DNA of 64,000 nucleotides from Leptogorgia sarmentosa (Eukaryota): NCBI GenBank assembly GCA_964658305.1, contig OZ210886.1, positions 1 to 64,000 of the forward strand, read 5' to 3'. Shown piece by piece: positions 13,211 to 24,004 of this stretch (position 1 is its first letter; each line of letters starts with the position of its first letter). The notes under the pieces were generated by a model. It saw only the letters and a program-made list of their open reading frames with translations, ran no database searches and was not told where the DNA came from. The position numbers and the translations under genes were made by a program.

Positions 13211-13279
13211 TTGCTTCGTACATACAGAAAATACAAATGACGGGCCCGATCATTTGTATTTCCTCATTGTTCGAGACAA
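13211..13279 (-). ncRNA. Candidate pre-miRNA-like hairpin, copy 2
   Basis: Minus strand UUGUCUCGAACAAUGAGGAAAUACAAAUGA-ucgggcccg-UCAUUUGUAUUUUCUGUAUGUACGAAGCAA. About 25 of 30 positions pair, including two G-U wobbles that pair only on the minus strand. Confidence 0.4.
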
Positions 13280-14558
13280 CCAGGTTAAAAAACAGGGCTG
13301 GGCGGCCTTAGACTACAAGCCGAAAATTAAATGAAAATGAACAGCAAAGTGCGCAACCTCGTTCCCAGGGTAACGAGGTTGCAAAGTGCGTCTGGCTTCT
13401 TAGCTGGGTCTACTGTACAAAGAGTGAAAGACCATTCGCATATAGCTCCATCTCAAGTGACAGTAATGAAATGCAAACATAAGCACATCGTTAACTAGTC
13501 AACCATGCACAACGATAAAATACCATTTGAAATGTTGTATTTGCGTACGTACATCAATGCCTTTTCGAGACTTTCGCTGGTGAAGGTAGAATCATCCTAC
13601 AAATAAATGAAATAAAGAGTTGTTGAGAGAAGCGCTCAAATATACAACACAGCATTTACGTATTTGGCAAATGAAGATAAAAAGTTCGAAGGCCGTTTAG
13701 CTTAAACCATGGATAAACAATTCAGTTTGCACAAACAATTTAATTACCTTTTAATTGCTGGTATTCACCCCAGATATTGTCTATAGACTATTTCGCTTCA
13801 AATTTTATTCTAAAGTGAAAGAAAATACAAATGTAAGTTGTTTAAAACTATTGAAAGCACTAGAGAAGAAAACGTGAGGGACTGGCCTGCGAAACGTTGA
13901 AGAAATAATCCGACGAAGATTGTTCGCGACGGGTCTTCGCGTTATACAATTATTCAAAATCAAACAAACGCATTGAAATAAGCACGTTTTGTACAGCCAT
14001 GTGCTCTACTTTACCTCTACCTTTAGACGTGCCTAATAAAGCAAAGATCTTTATCGCTCATCTCTCTTCTGCCAGCAAATTTGTAAAATCGTCGGGTAGC
14101 TTTTCTAAACCTTTCTTGACTTGGACTTTCTTCTCCTCCCAGTTTCATCTGTGGTTAGATAGTGAGCACCTGAGTGGAAATGCTTCTTTTAAACCTACCT
14201 CTTGGAGGACTGCAATTTCATTGGTCGACTAATCCTATATTTTGACAATTCTTCATTGGTTCGATTTTTATGTAAATTTTTCTATTGAACGGTGGCGGAT
14301 ATAGGGGGTGAATAGGGTGAAATTTCACTTTCCCTTCCTGCCACAACCATACACACTGTAGGAAAAAACAGTGGTATTTGTGCTTTATCACTCCTATACG
14401 TTTTATTTATGATCAAATCAGTAAAACGTCTTTAAAATTATAGTGCAAACTTAGACAACAGCTAGTAAATTGATTTTCCATGGAAATAACGTTAACAACA
14501 CAAGCTTATCAGGGGATACCCTGGATTTAGCAGCACAACTTTGATACAAGAAAACGTC

Positions 14559-14700
14559 CCCTTGGTGACGTCACAATTAGCCCCTTCATGACGTCATAAT
14601 GCGGCTGTTGATGACGTCATAATTGGGCTGCGGGTGACATCATACCCTAACCCTAACCGCAACGCCAACGGCACAGAGCTAACCCTTGAGAGTTTTGTAA
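14559..14700. mobile_element. Repeat fragment with four ~23-bp-spaced TGAC(G/A)TCA motifs and a CCCTAACCCTAACC telomeric motif
   Basis: TGACGTCA at ~14566, 14588 and 14612, TGACATCA at ~14635, and CCCTAACCCTAACCGCAAC at ~14645-14663. Family is not identified. Confidence 0.45.
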
Positions 14701-15342
14701 AAAATTTTCCAGAAAATATTCAATATTTTGAAATCATTCTGTTCTACAATTTCTTGTTTTCTGCTTTATTTACATTTTATACTGTATAAACTATAACATT
14801 AAGAACATTGACACAATTATTATGCATTTGTCAAATTGTTGTTTTGTACTTGTAAGCAATTGCAAATTTCACCGAGAATTTCGAGCCTTTGTCCTACCTA
14901 CGTTGGCAGAAATAGAAAAATTTGTTCAACAATGCCGTGTATGATTTGGAATTTTCCATGAAGTTAATTGTTGTAACGGCATCTCACATGGTCCTGCCTA
15001 TCAATGTTGTTTCTTGTGATTTTATCAAGTAATTCTAACCTTCCTGACCACCTTCTATTCTCGTTGACCACCTTCTATTCTCCTTCTTGACCACCTTCTA
15101 TTCTCGCATAAGGCCATTATGGTGATAACCGGGAGGGCACATTGTTATACGTTTTGAATATAATATATATATATATATATATTTAGTAGAATCATACTAG
15201 TATACTGTTCATTCTTTAAGAAGGAGTTTATTTCCAAACCCAAAATGCATTTATACATGAATTTTATATATAAAACGTAGCCGTAGGACTACATTATAAC
15301 GATTATCAACTGAATAACTATATGTCTCAGATATGAATGTTT

Positions 15343-17788
15343 TTACTTTTGAACAAGCCAGACTTCATTATGGCGAAGGAAAGGAATTGTCCAGGGGCTG
15401 TCGTAACCAGCGTATGCGTAGGCAGTGTCTGAGGTGATGAAGTCTGTGAGACCATCTTTCTTGAGAGCACTTTCTAATTCTTTAACTTTCTTTTCTACCC
15501 ATTCTGTACTTGTATACCAGCTGAAAGTCCTTAAAGGAAAATTTCAAGTCCGTGGCGATTAAAATTAATTCAGAGCTCTGCAGACAAAAAGAGTATTCCT
15601 AAGAGACAATGTTAAACGTTTGTGCATTTAGACTGTTCTCCTTATGTGGGCAACAAAATGTGAATGACACGAGACGTTATCTTTCACAGCAACGAAACCA
15701 TTTCAGAGCCAATAATTTTGAGAATAATTTGTTAGCGAGAAATTTTACTTCGTTTACAATTAAATGTAAATAGAATCAAGCAATGCCCAATGGCGTAGCC
15801 AGACCTTCATTTTTGGGGGGGGCGAAGCAAACGCGGAAGGCGCGATGGCATCTAGGGGGGTCCGGGGGGATTCTCCCCCGGGAAAATTTTGAAATCTGGA
15901 GTCCCTCAATGGCGATTTAGCGTGTTTCTGGGGTGAGATTTCTGAAAACGTTTGGATTGAGATTGGTAGTCACATGGGTAGTGAGTGTAGTCATCGTCCC
16001 CCCCCCCTAATTTCTACCTGGATTTCATCTTTTTACGGCGCAGTCCTTCAGCCTATTGGGGGGGCTGAGCCCCCCCGTGCCCCCCCTTGTCTACGCCACT
16101 GGCAATGCCATGAAAAGTTGAAAAGAAAAACACTTCTTGTTGACACCGGACTGGAACATAAAAGATGCACTCACGCACTATGATCAAACATTGATTCTAA
16201 TACATTCGTTTTTGCCGTTTTAACAAATAAATTGATAAAATTTTTTTGATTAACGTTCTGCTCATTTTTCTGATCAAGCTAATATCATGTTCGAGCGCCC
16301 AATTAAAAAACTAATTTGAATCACTCACTTGACATAAACGCAGGTTCTAGGCAATCGATAGATGGTTACTTCTGCATTCGTAGGTTTAGGTGGAGATGCC
16401 TGGTGTTCGAATGGTACGAAGAACAACATTGCATAACGAGTCTCGTTGCCCCTTTTTAAGACATCGGTCGCCACTGGGACCGTCATATCTATCTTCACTT
16501 TGTCAACGTTTTGCCCGGAGATGTAATCGAACAAACGCTGGAACATTTCTGAGCGTACTTTCCGCGTAAGACTTTCGCCTAAAACAGAAATACATAATTA
16601 TACCAATTGTATATAGTGCAAATTGAAAGTGAGGGGCGGGGGCGCATTCTGAGTCAGTTTTCAAGAAACGTACGACAGAGTGCTTAAAATGAGAAATTTT
16701 CTTAGTGAATATTTGAAATTTTAATAAAGTATATTGGATTTTAATAATTGGTTTGAAAGTAAAAAAATATTAAATTTATTACTGTTAAATCTTTTTTTTT
16801 TTATAATATTTTCAGTGAAAAATTAACAATTCTCTTCGATATTTTGTTTTTTTCCCAAAAATTTTCATAAAAATAATAGGAATTTCTTGAGACCTCACGA
16901 ATCACAGGTGTACATGCGATAGACATTTAGCTGGGTTAATGTTATCCATGCATGCGTACCAAACAAAATGCTAACTACAACTCAACTATATTGAATAGGT
17001 AGGCCGACCCTTACGAAAAATACACATGTAAAAACCCACATGTGAAACACATGTGATTCCCATGTGGAATTGGAACAATCACATATGATTTACATATGAT
17101 TCACATGTGATTCACATGTGTTTTACATGTGGTTTTTACATGTGTTTCAGTTCACATGTGGTTCACATGTGGAATTGGAACAATCACATGTGATTCACAT
17201 GTGAAACACATATGTATTTTTCATAAGGGGAGGGTGATTGACAGAAGACTGAAACTTTCAAGTGGAAATTAGTAGGCGACGTTACAAATTTCTCCTGGAA
17301 TGGCAGAAAACCTATACTTAATACTGGTGTCGTATTTCTACGTAGAATATTTGTATACTTGTGAAACCTATACCTATTTGCCTATGACAACGAAGATATT
17401 GTAACAAGATTCGTGTACACAATAACAATATTTGAATGCTATGCATATGCGGTTCAACGCATGAAGAGTTTTGAATATCAATTCACGCGCTACGTTGTGG
17501 TAGAGCGAACTTACCCACATATTGAGTTCCGACCCAAGAGTAGTTTGAGTAACATCTCAGTTCATAATTGTCCGTTTTCTTTTTAAGTTCGTAGTCTGGG
17601 CACTCGAGACCATGACACTTATCTTTCCAGTAATATATCTTCCTTGCGAATTTCGTGACGATCTTTTTCAAGCTACCAAACCACGATCTAGTTTTTCGTT
17701 GTGGTTCTGAACTGCTTACAGAATTTGACGGGTAAGCATTAGCTACTGCTAGCACAAACAGAAAAGCGACCAAAATTGAAAATTTCAT
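15343..17788 (-). CDS. SOUL/heme-binding protein (HEBP2-like) with signal peptide, 3 exons (17788-17515, 16578-16329, 15529-15343)
   Basis: Spliced translation gives SOUL motifs CxGLECPxY...YELRCY, FQRLFDYISGQN...KIDMTVPV, FFVP...PPKPT and AGYDSPW...RHNEVW. Introns are GT-AG and phase-consistent. The N-terminus MKFSILVAFLFVLAVANA is hydrophobic. Confidence 0.93.
15788..16101. mobile_element. hAT-like MITE in intron 2 of SOUL gene 1
   Basis: TIRs CAATGGCGTAG / CTACGCCACTG, with a perfect 8-bp TSD GCAATGCC (15780-15787, 16102-16109). Confidence 0.88.
17008..17229. mobile_element. CMC/EnSpm-like MITE packed with CACATGTG repeats, in intron 1 of SOUL gene 1
   Basis: TIRs CCCTTACGAAAAATACA / TGTATTTTTTCATAAGGG, a 2-bp TSD GA, and an internal array of CACATGTG. 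Confidence 0.75.
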
Positions 17789-19875
17789 TCTGACTGATCT
17801 TGCAATTCTTGCGTAGTTTAAATTTGAAACTAGAAAAATCGAGATTGGAAAATCATTTATAAGTACTTTATGAAGCGTTTCAAGTATCACAAAGACAGAC
17901 AGGAGAAGTACTGAGAATACTGCGAGTTTGAATTTTCACCTACAATCGAATTAATATAACAATGAAATACAATTGCAAGAACGGGGCGAAGATTTGAAAC
18001 ATGCAAATTAATGGAGCTGCTCTAAAATGGGCCCAGATACGCACATACTGTTGTAATGATATTGTGAATAAAGCGCAGTTGCGCATGAATGTTGAGGCAA
18101 ACCGACAACATACCTGTGGTCTGTTCTTGATTGCCTTTCTTTCTTTTGCTGGTTTTGCTGTGCAGTGAGACCCCAACTACTCTGAACTTTGTCCAAAATT
18201 CTTCTTTTTTTATACACTCCCTCACGAGCCAAGTCACGTTTTTTTGAGAGCTGTAGCCGACTCTCGCAGATGCACGTGCAGACGCGGATGGTTGAAACAC
18301 ATGCCGCGTGACAAAGATTTACATTTCCTGCGGGAAGTCACTATATTCGATTTTACGTCTAGCACAAATAATTTCGACATTTGCTGGACTTAGTACCAAT
18401 GTGTGAATGTCTTACTAAGGAAACGTTGGTTTTGGGATTCGACAAAGTGAAACAAAGAATTTTATAATACATGTACATTTTTCACTTGGTCAACAAGCCT
18501 AATATAGCTAATGTTACAGTGGTCTGATCTGATCAGCAAGCGCATGTTGACAAAAAAAACCCAACCAAATATGATATATTGTTAATACACAGTCAGATGC
18601 ACTGAGCAAGATCTGGGCGTTTTTTGAAAAACGAACAGTTATTTGTGAATCTATTGAGAAAATTATATAAATATTTCCCAACCAATACTAGAGATGTCTG
18701 CCGGGTAAAACTGCTAAATGTGGGTAATGTGGAAATGAGTAATGGGCTGGCTTCGCAAATTGCGTGGAATATGCAAATTACACAGTAATTGGCACTTTCT
18801 CGATGTATGAGCAACCAAAATAAGTCAGGGCTTGTCAGGATTAGAATGGTGATTTGGGTCAGGGTCATTCACCATATTTCGGCTGCTCGTATATCGAGAA
18901 AGCGCCCAACACTTGGAAACTCAATAGCCTTAATATAACAAACTTTTCAAAGCAAAATGGAACGATTTGAATCGGGGCTTTTCACATGATCCCGCTTAAT
19001 TCAACTAGCTTTAAAACGAAAGCCAGATCAACAAACTAATTGAAATTTTGGCTAGAACTCAGAAGATCTCATAGATCGAAAAGATTGCTGTTGTTGCTCC
19101 AAAACCTTACGTTTGCAAGTATATTATGATCAATTACTGTCTGTGACTATGAAAGAAAACAATGCAGTGTGGCTGAATCATGATCCCTGGCATTTCCTGA
19201 CCCTGCATTTATTTTGAAGCATTAAAATATTTGGCAAAGCAGGTTCATGTAACTCAATCACTCAATGTGTTCTCATAAATAACTCATTGACATTGTATAA
19301 GATTACCAGGACAATAGGTTATGTAACTATGCCAGCATGCACTCAGCATTACATAATGATCCTCGTGATGGTCAAGTCTAAGTGTTTTTACCAGGTTTTT
19401 ATTTTTACTTTGAACAGTTGACGGCAGTCAGATAGTGAGTGAAACGCAACAAGGTCGCTCAAATACAATAAGGTAGGAGTATTTTAACGTCTTTGCCAGA
19501 GGAAGCATGTTGTAAAATGATTTTGACAACATTTGGATAGGAGGATATTTCATTCTAAACGATATACAACTATGCCATTGTTAGCGAAAATATTTCGCCA
19601 GGAATTTAAAGCGTGAAACTCCACATTCAACAAAGTCCAGCAAATGTGTTCCGGAGGAGTTTGAGGGCAATATGCTCATGAGGCATCGATCATTTATTTC
19701 GACTTGTTCTAAAGACGAGCCAGGCTGACGTGCAAAACATTTACTATGCATGAATATATGCACCTGCCAATCTAATCGAATAATTTTAAAATCAATTTGC
19801 TCTTTATTATTACAGTTCAAGCCATCGACCACATAGATTCTCTGATAGCCTTTCAATTGATATTTTAGAACAAGC

Positions 19876-21079
19876 ATGAACTGGTATTTGGTCTTAGCGC
19901 TGGCAGTATCCCAGTACAGCGATGCATTTTCCACGGAAGCGAATTCCGGCGAGCCATCATTTTGTCGAGGACTAGAATGTCCAACATATAAAGTTATGAT
20001 GAAAACGGCAGACTTTGAAGAAAGATGTTACGCAGAGTACAAATGGGCAAGCACGGACGAATCAGGTAATGCGGTTTTTAGATTTGAACCAATGCCAAAT
20101 TTTTCACCTTTAATAATCAGTGGGTATGGTATGGACCAGGGTTAGATTATAAGCCCACGCCCCACGGAAGCGATTGCGCATTTTCAAAGCCTATCACCTG
20201 ATCACCAAATCTATCGCATTAAGTTCGTTCAGTGGGCGTTTTGTCAGTGTGCTAATATATATATCTCGGTGTGCTAACTCTTAATGATTTCAGTTATTAG
20301 GTATTTTGAAATCAGTATTAACGCTGTTAAAATGTGATTTATTTTCAATTGACTTTTCTTCAACATAAAAAAATCCATAATCGGACGGTTCTTCATTAAC
20401 GTGAAATTAAAAGGAAAATTTCATAATACAAGGCCAGTGGGCCAGTGGCTTACACTTTGACCCAGGTTAAGCACTAATTTAGCTACAAGAGCTGGCAGTG
20501 GTCGACTCCGGACCGGCTTTTGTGAAACGTTCAATATAATGTGTTTCACTTTCAGCGTTCTCCATTTTCTACAATAAACTTTCAGCTATCTCCATTTTTA
20601 TCTATAAACTTCGCCTTTTACCAGGTCTTAACTACGACACAGCTGTCAAAACTGGTTTCGAACGTCTGTTTGCCTACATCTCTGGCGCGAATGTACCAAA
20701 AGTTAAAATAGAAATGACAGCTCCCGTTGCGGTCGAAATCAAAGCCGGTCCAGGTCCCTTTTGCGCATCAAACTTCACAGTAAACTTCTTCGTGCCCTAC
20801 AAGTACCAGGAAGTTGGAGCCCCAGAACCAACTGGCGAGGTGTACATCTCGACCATTCCAAAACATTGTCAATATGTAGCGAGCTACCCTGGATTTAGCA
20901 GCACAACTTTGATACAAGAAAACGTCGAGAAGTTGGTGAACGCCTTGGCTAAGGCAGGTCTTGGTGATTCCTATCAAACAAACTCGTATTATTTTGCTGG
21001 CTACGATAGTCCTTTTGAACTATTTCATCGCCACAATGAAATTTGGCTGATTAAAAAGGGCAAGAGTCTCACAGCGTGA
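19876..21079 (+). CDS. SOUL/heme-binding protein (HEBP2-like) with signal peptide, 2 exons (19876-20065, 20625-21079)
   Basis: Motifs PSFCRGLECPTY, FEERCY, GFERLFAYISGAN...KIEMTAPV, FFVP and AGYDSPF...RHNEIW. Its phase-1 GT-AG intron is at the same position as intron 1 of SOUL gene 1. Confidence 0.94.
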
Positions 21080-21264
21080 ATAACACAGAGAATTTGAGTC
21101 ATTTGTAGTCCTTTTGGATATGAATTATTTTTAAATTTTTCGTGATTCAAAATCGATAGATATATATATATGTATATATACGATAAAGTTTTGGTTAACG
21201 AAATGCCAAAAGAGTGCTCGATACCATATAGATAGAGCAAATAGTATAGTTTTGCCTCAAAAAG

Positions 21265-21311
21265 GTGCCACTACAGCCTGTTTCATCCAAAAGGAATCAT
21301 CAGAGTGGCAC
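21265..21311 (-). ncRNA. Minimal type I hammerhead ribozyme (Penelope-like element associated), inside a 32-bp perfect inverted repeat
   Basis: Minus strand GUGCCAC-U-CUGAUGA-UUCCUUUUGGAU-GAAA-CAGGCU-GUA-GUGGCAC. Arms 21241-21272 and 21304-21335 are perfect reverse complements. It abuts a (TA)n run. Confidence 0.75.
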
Positions 21312-23704
21312 CTTTTTGAGGCAAAACTATACTATATATATATATATATATATATATTATTTATCTCAGTGTCAAGAAATGGTGTGCGATGGAAGTCCAA
21401 GAAACTTTAAAACTATATATTGAATGCATCTCAATGTGATGTAACATTTTGAGAGAAGAATAAACGAATGTGTATAAAGTGATAATTATGAATTCTTTCC
21501 ATTGCGTCAGTTAACATGCACCGTAAAAACTACGTCTCGCAGTCTTTAAAATGTTCACTATATATACATGACGTACAGTCGCATCTGACAAATACAGGTA
21601 AGTAAATTTAAACTACATTTTTATTGCTCAGCATTGCACAAAGTCGGAGAGAATTCGCCTGCGTGTTTTGGGGAAAGCTAGAATAGGTGTGGACTATACA
21701 GGGAGCCTCTTTAAGTATTAATTTTAAAAACACAATCTTGTACAAAGTTTATGATGTTTTCGAAATTGTAATAAAGATATATACAAAAGTGATACAGCAG
21801 TTTAATTACTGAAACATAAAGACTATCAGAGTCTACCAAGCCAAAGTTATCTGTAGTGCCAACGGCCCTTAATACAATTATTTAAAACCCTAACATCAGA
21901 GAACGAGGACAGTACCGTTTTGATCATGAATCGATGACTTGAATGGACCCGCAAAATTTGTTCTTTCTTATTGAAAATACGGTATTTCATCTATTTAGCC
22001 TCCCTTCTAATCACCCCCCCCCCCCCCACATAAAAAAACAGCAAAAGAAAATAAGTCCCCACCCTCCATATTTAACCCCCTCGGGTCTGAGTCGTCTCAA
22101 ACTTCCTCAATCGTCTTGTTGAATCTTAACTGAAATAATCCTACTTGTTTTGACATATTATTGCAAGCCTGTTGGTGGCAACTTTGCTGGTGTGAGTGAA
22201 CATCCAATTTGTTCTTTCTGTTAGTAATGCAATTTAATTTTTTTATATACGTAACATTTGCATGTGGAATCGGTGGTAAAAAACCACTTTAATACATAAT
22301 AAAACTAAAAATATTTCGTGAGTGCATCATTCTCTATTGTGACAAAGTTCGATATTGCACATTTCAGTCACTGGATCGTTATGCCTCGCAGTACTACATT
22401 ATTGTTATAATTTTTAACAGATGAAAATAGAAATCATATTAATCAGGTATATTTTCGCATACTATGAAACTTTATTATCGCATGCAACCTGTAGACCTGT
22501 TTATGCACAATCATGAAAATTATTAAGTATATATGGCTCCTATATAGGAACAAATTTTCATTTGAACATTTTGATACAAGTCATGTGCATGTGTGTGTTA
22601 GTGATTTTTTATGCGCGGTTTGAAATGAAATAATGTGGTGTATAATACAGCCAAAGTTTACTTCTTCGTGGTTTTATTCACATGTCCTGCGTTTGTGTGT
22701 TGAAGCAAAATTTACGACCAAAAACCTTTTGTTTCTTTTCGTTTCCACCATATTCATAGCTTAGGGACTGAAGCCGTTCATTTTCGGAGGAAATATGGTT
22801 AGTTTCGAAGTGAGTTATGCAACACAGGCTCCTTTATTGGAAAGCATTTGATGCGAAAATTCTGGCAACCTTAACTCAAGTGCTGCATGTGATTTATTCT
22901 CTCGTTGTATAAAAGAAATGGAATTGATATAGTGTCCACCGCATCCTATATAGTGAGTTTGCGTTTTTTTAAGATAAATATATCGTAATATGGGAATACA
23001 AAAGGTTTCTTTCGGTAACAAGAGAACAGTACGTAGATATAACATTGATTCGTAAACTAGACATGAGGCCTATTAAATTTAACATAACACTAGCCTGTCG
23101 GAAATGGACAGGAACTTCATGGTTAATCGGTAGAAGAAAGAATTTTTATTCGACCAGAATCCGCTTGCAGACAACACACTGCAAAGCCATTAAATACTTC
23201 AATCTTTTATTATATATCTTTCGCCCCTTTGTTTCATATGTACAATTATTTTTCCCAGTTTTTTGTTTAATTATAATACAACAATAGGCAAAATTACACT
23301 TCCTGATGGTATAATGTGTGTGTATATATATATATGATTTGTATATATATATATATATATATATTCGTATATATGTACATTCCATGTGTAAAATTCCAGC
23401 AGAATGAAGAACTAACCCCTGTGATGTAAAATGAGGGTCTAATTTGTCCTTAAGGTGCAGTACACAAAAAAGCGAGTTCTTTTTTAACAACAATTTTTAC
23501 ATACGTTCAAGCATGCATTAATGTACAATTCTTTTTTAATTGTGTATTCATAAATGAATATATATGATTTTTCGCGCTTCCCTTGAAAATACAATATTGG
23601 GCGAGCATAATTGCGTGAAGAATCCTATCTATAACAGGTAAAGGTATAATGAAAGAAGATCAAGGTGGAAACAACATAAAAATATACTTTTGCCTCAAAA
23701 CGGT

Positions 23705-23746
23705 GCCACTACAGCCTGTTTCATCCAAGAGGAATCATCAGGTGGC
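23705..23746 (-). ncRNA. Minimal type I hammerhead ribozyme (Penelope-like element associated), copy 2
   Basis: Minus strand GCCAC-CUGAUGA-UUCCUCUUGGAU-GAAA-CAGGCU-GUA-GUGGC. It has an intact catalytic core, a 5-bp stem I, a very short stem III and a GUA cleavage triplet. Confidence 0.82.
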
Positions 23747-24004
23747 TCCTGAGCCAATCATGCAGTGCTATACTGATACAGGAAAATGGAAATTAACATC
23801 CAAGTATCTGACCAATTATTAACTCATGGTTAGGTTTTAGTACGAAAGGAAAATAAGGTAAAACAAATAAAGAACTAAATAAATATTGGACATTCATTTT
23901 ATTCTGTAACGCATTTCAGATTCACTGATTTACAAGAGAAGATTTTAGTCTAACACAACTAGGATAAGCGTAATATTTTCTTCTGAGTTAGACACTAACT
24001 CCCC

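Larger units (their letters stand above)
10085..14230 (-). pseudogene. Degenerate multi-exon gene remnant or spliced lncRNA (short AG/GT-bounded exons, no consistent reading frame)
   Basis: Minus-strand exon-like blocks with pyrimidine-rich acceptors and GT donors lie at ~14199-14229, 14031-14148, 13748-13809, 13553-13596, 12629-12693, 12423-12494, 12112-12175, 11929-11986 and 11564-11618. Some translate to protein-like text with internal stops (NWEEKKVQVKKGLEKLPDDFTNLLAEER*AIKIF; IKFEAK*SIDNIWGEYQQLK). The 12112-12175 block has stops in all three frames. Confidence 0.5.

Noticed and set aside
12176..13552. snoRNA host-gene interpretation of the short-exon chain
   Set aside because: No convincing C/D box pairs with terminal stems or H/ACA double hairpins were found by eye. 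A snoscan/Infernal search would be needed to exclude it fully.
17940..19934. Short ORFs between the SOUL genes, and similar 60-120 aa ORFs in introns elsewhere
   Set aside because: They show no family motifs or splice support. Several are antisense shadows of real exons or span microsatellites.
23750..23990. Residual Penelope GIY-YIG coding sequence next to the hammerhead
   Set aside because: No recognisable RT or GIY-YIG motif could be read in any frame.
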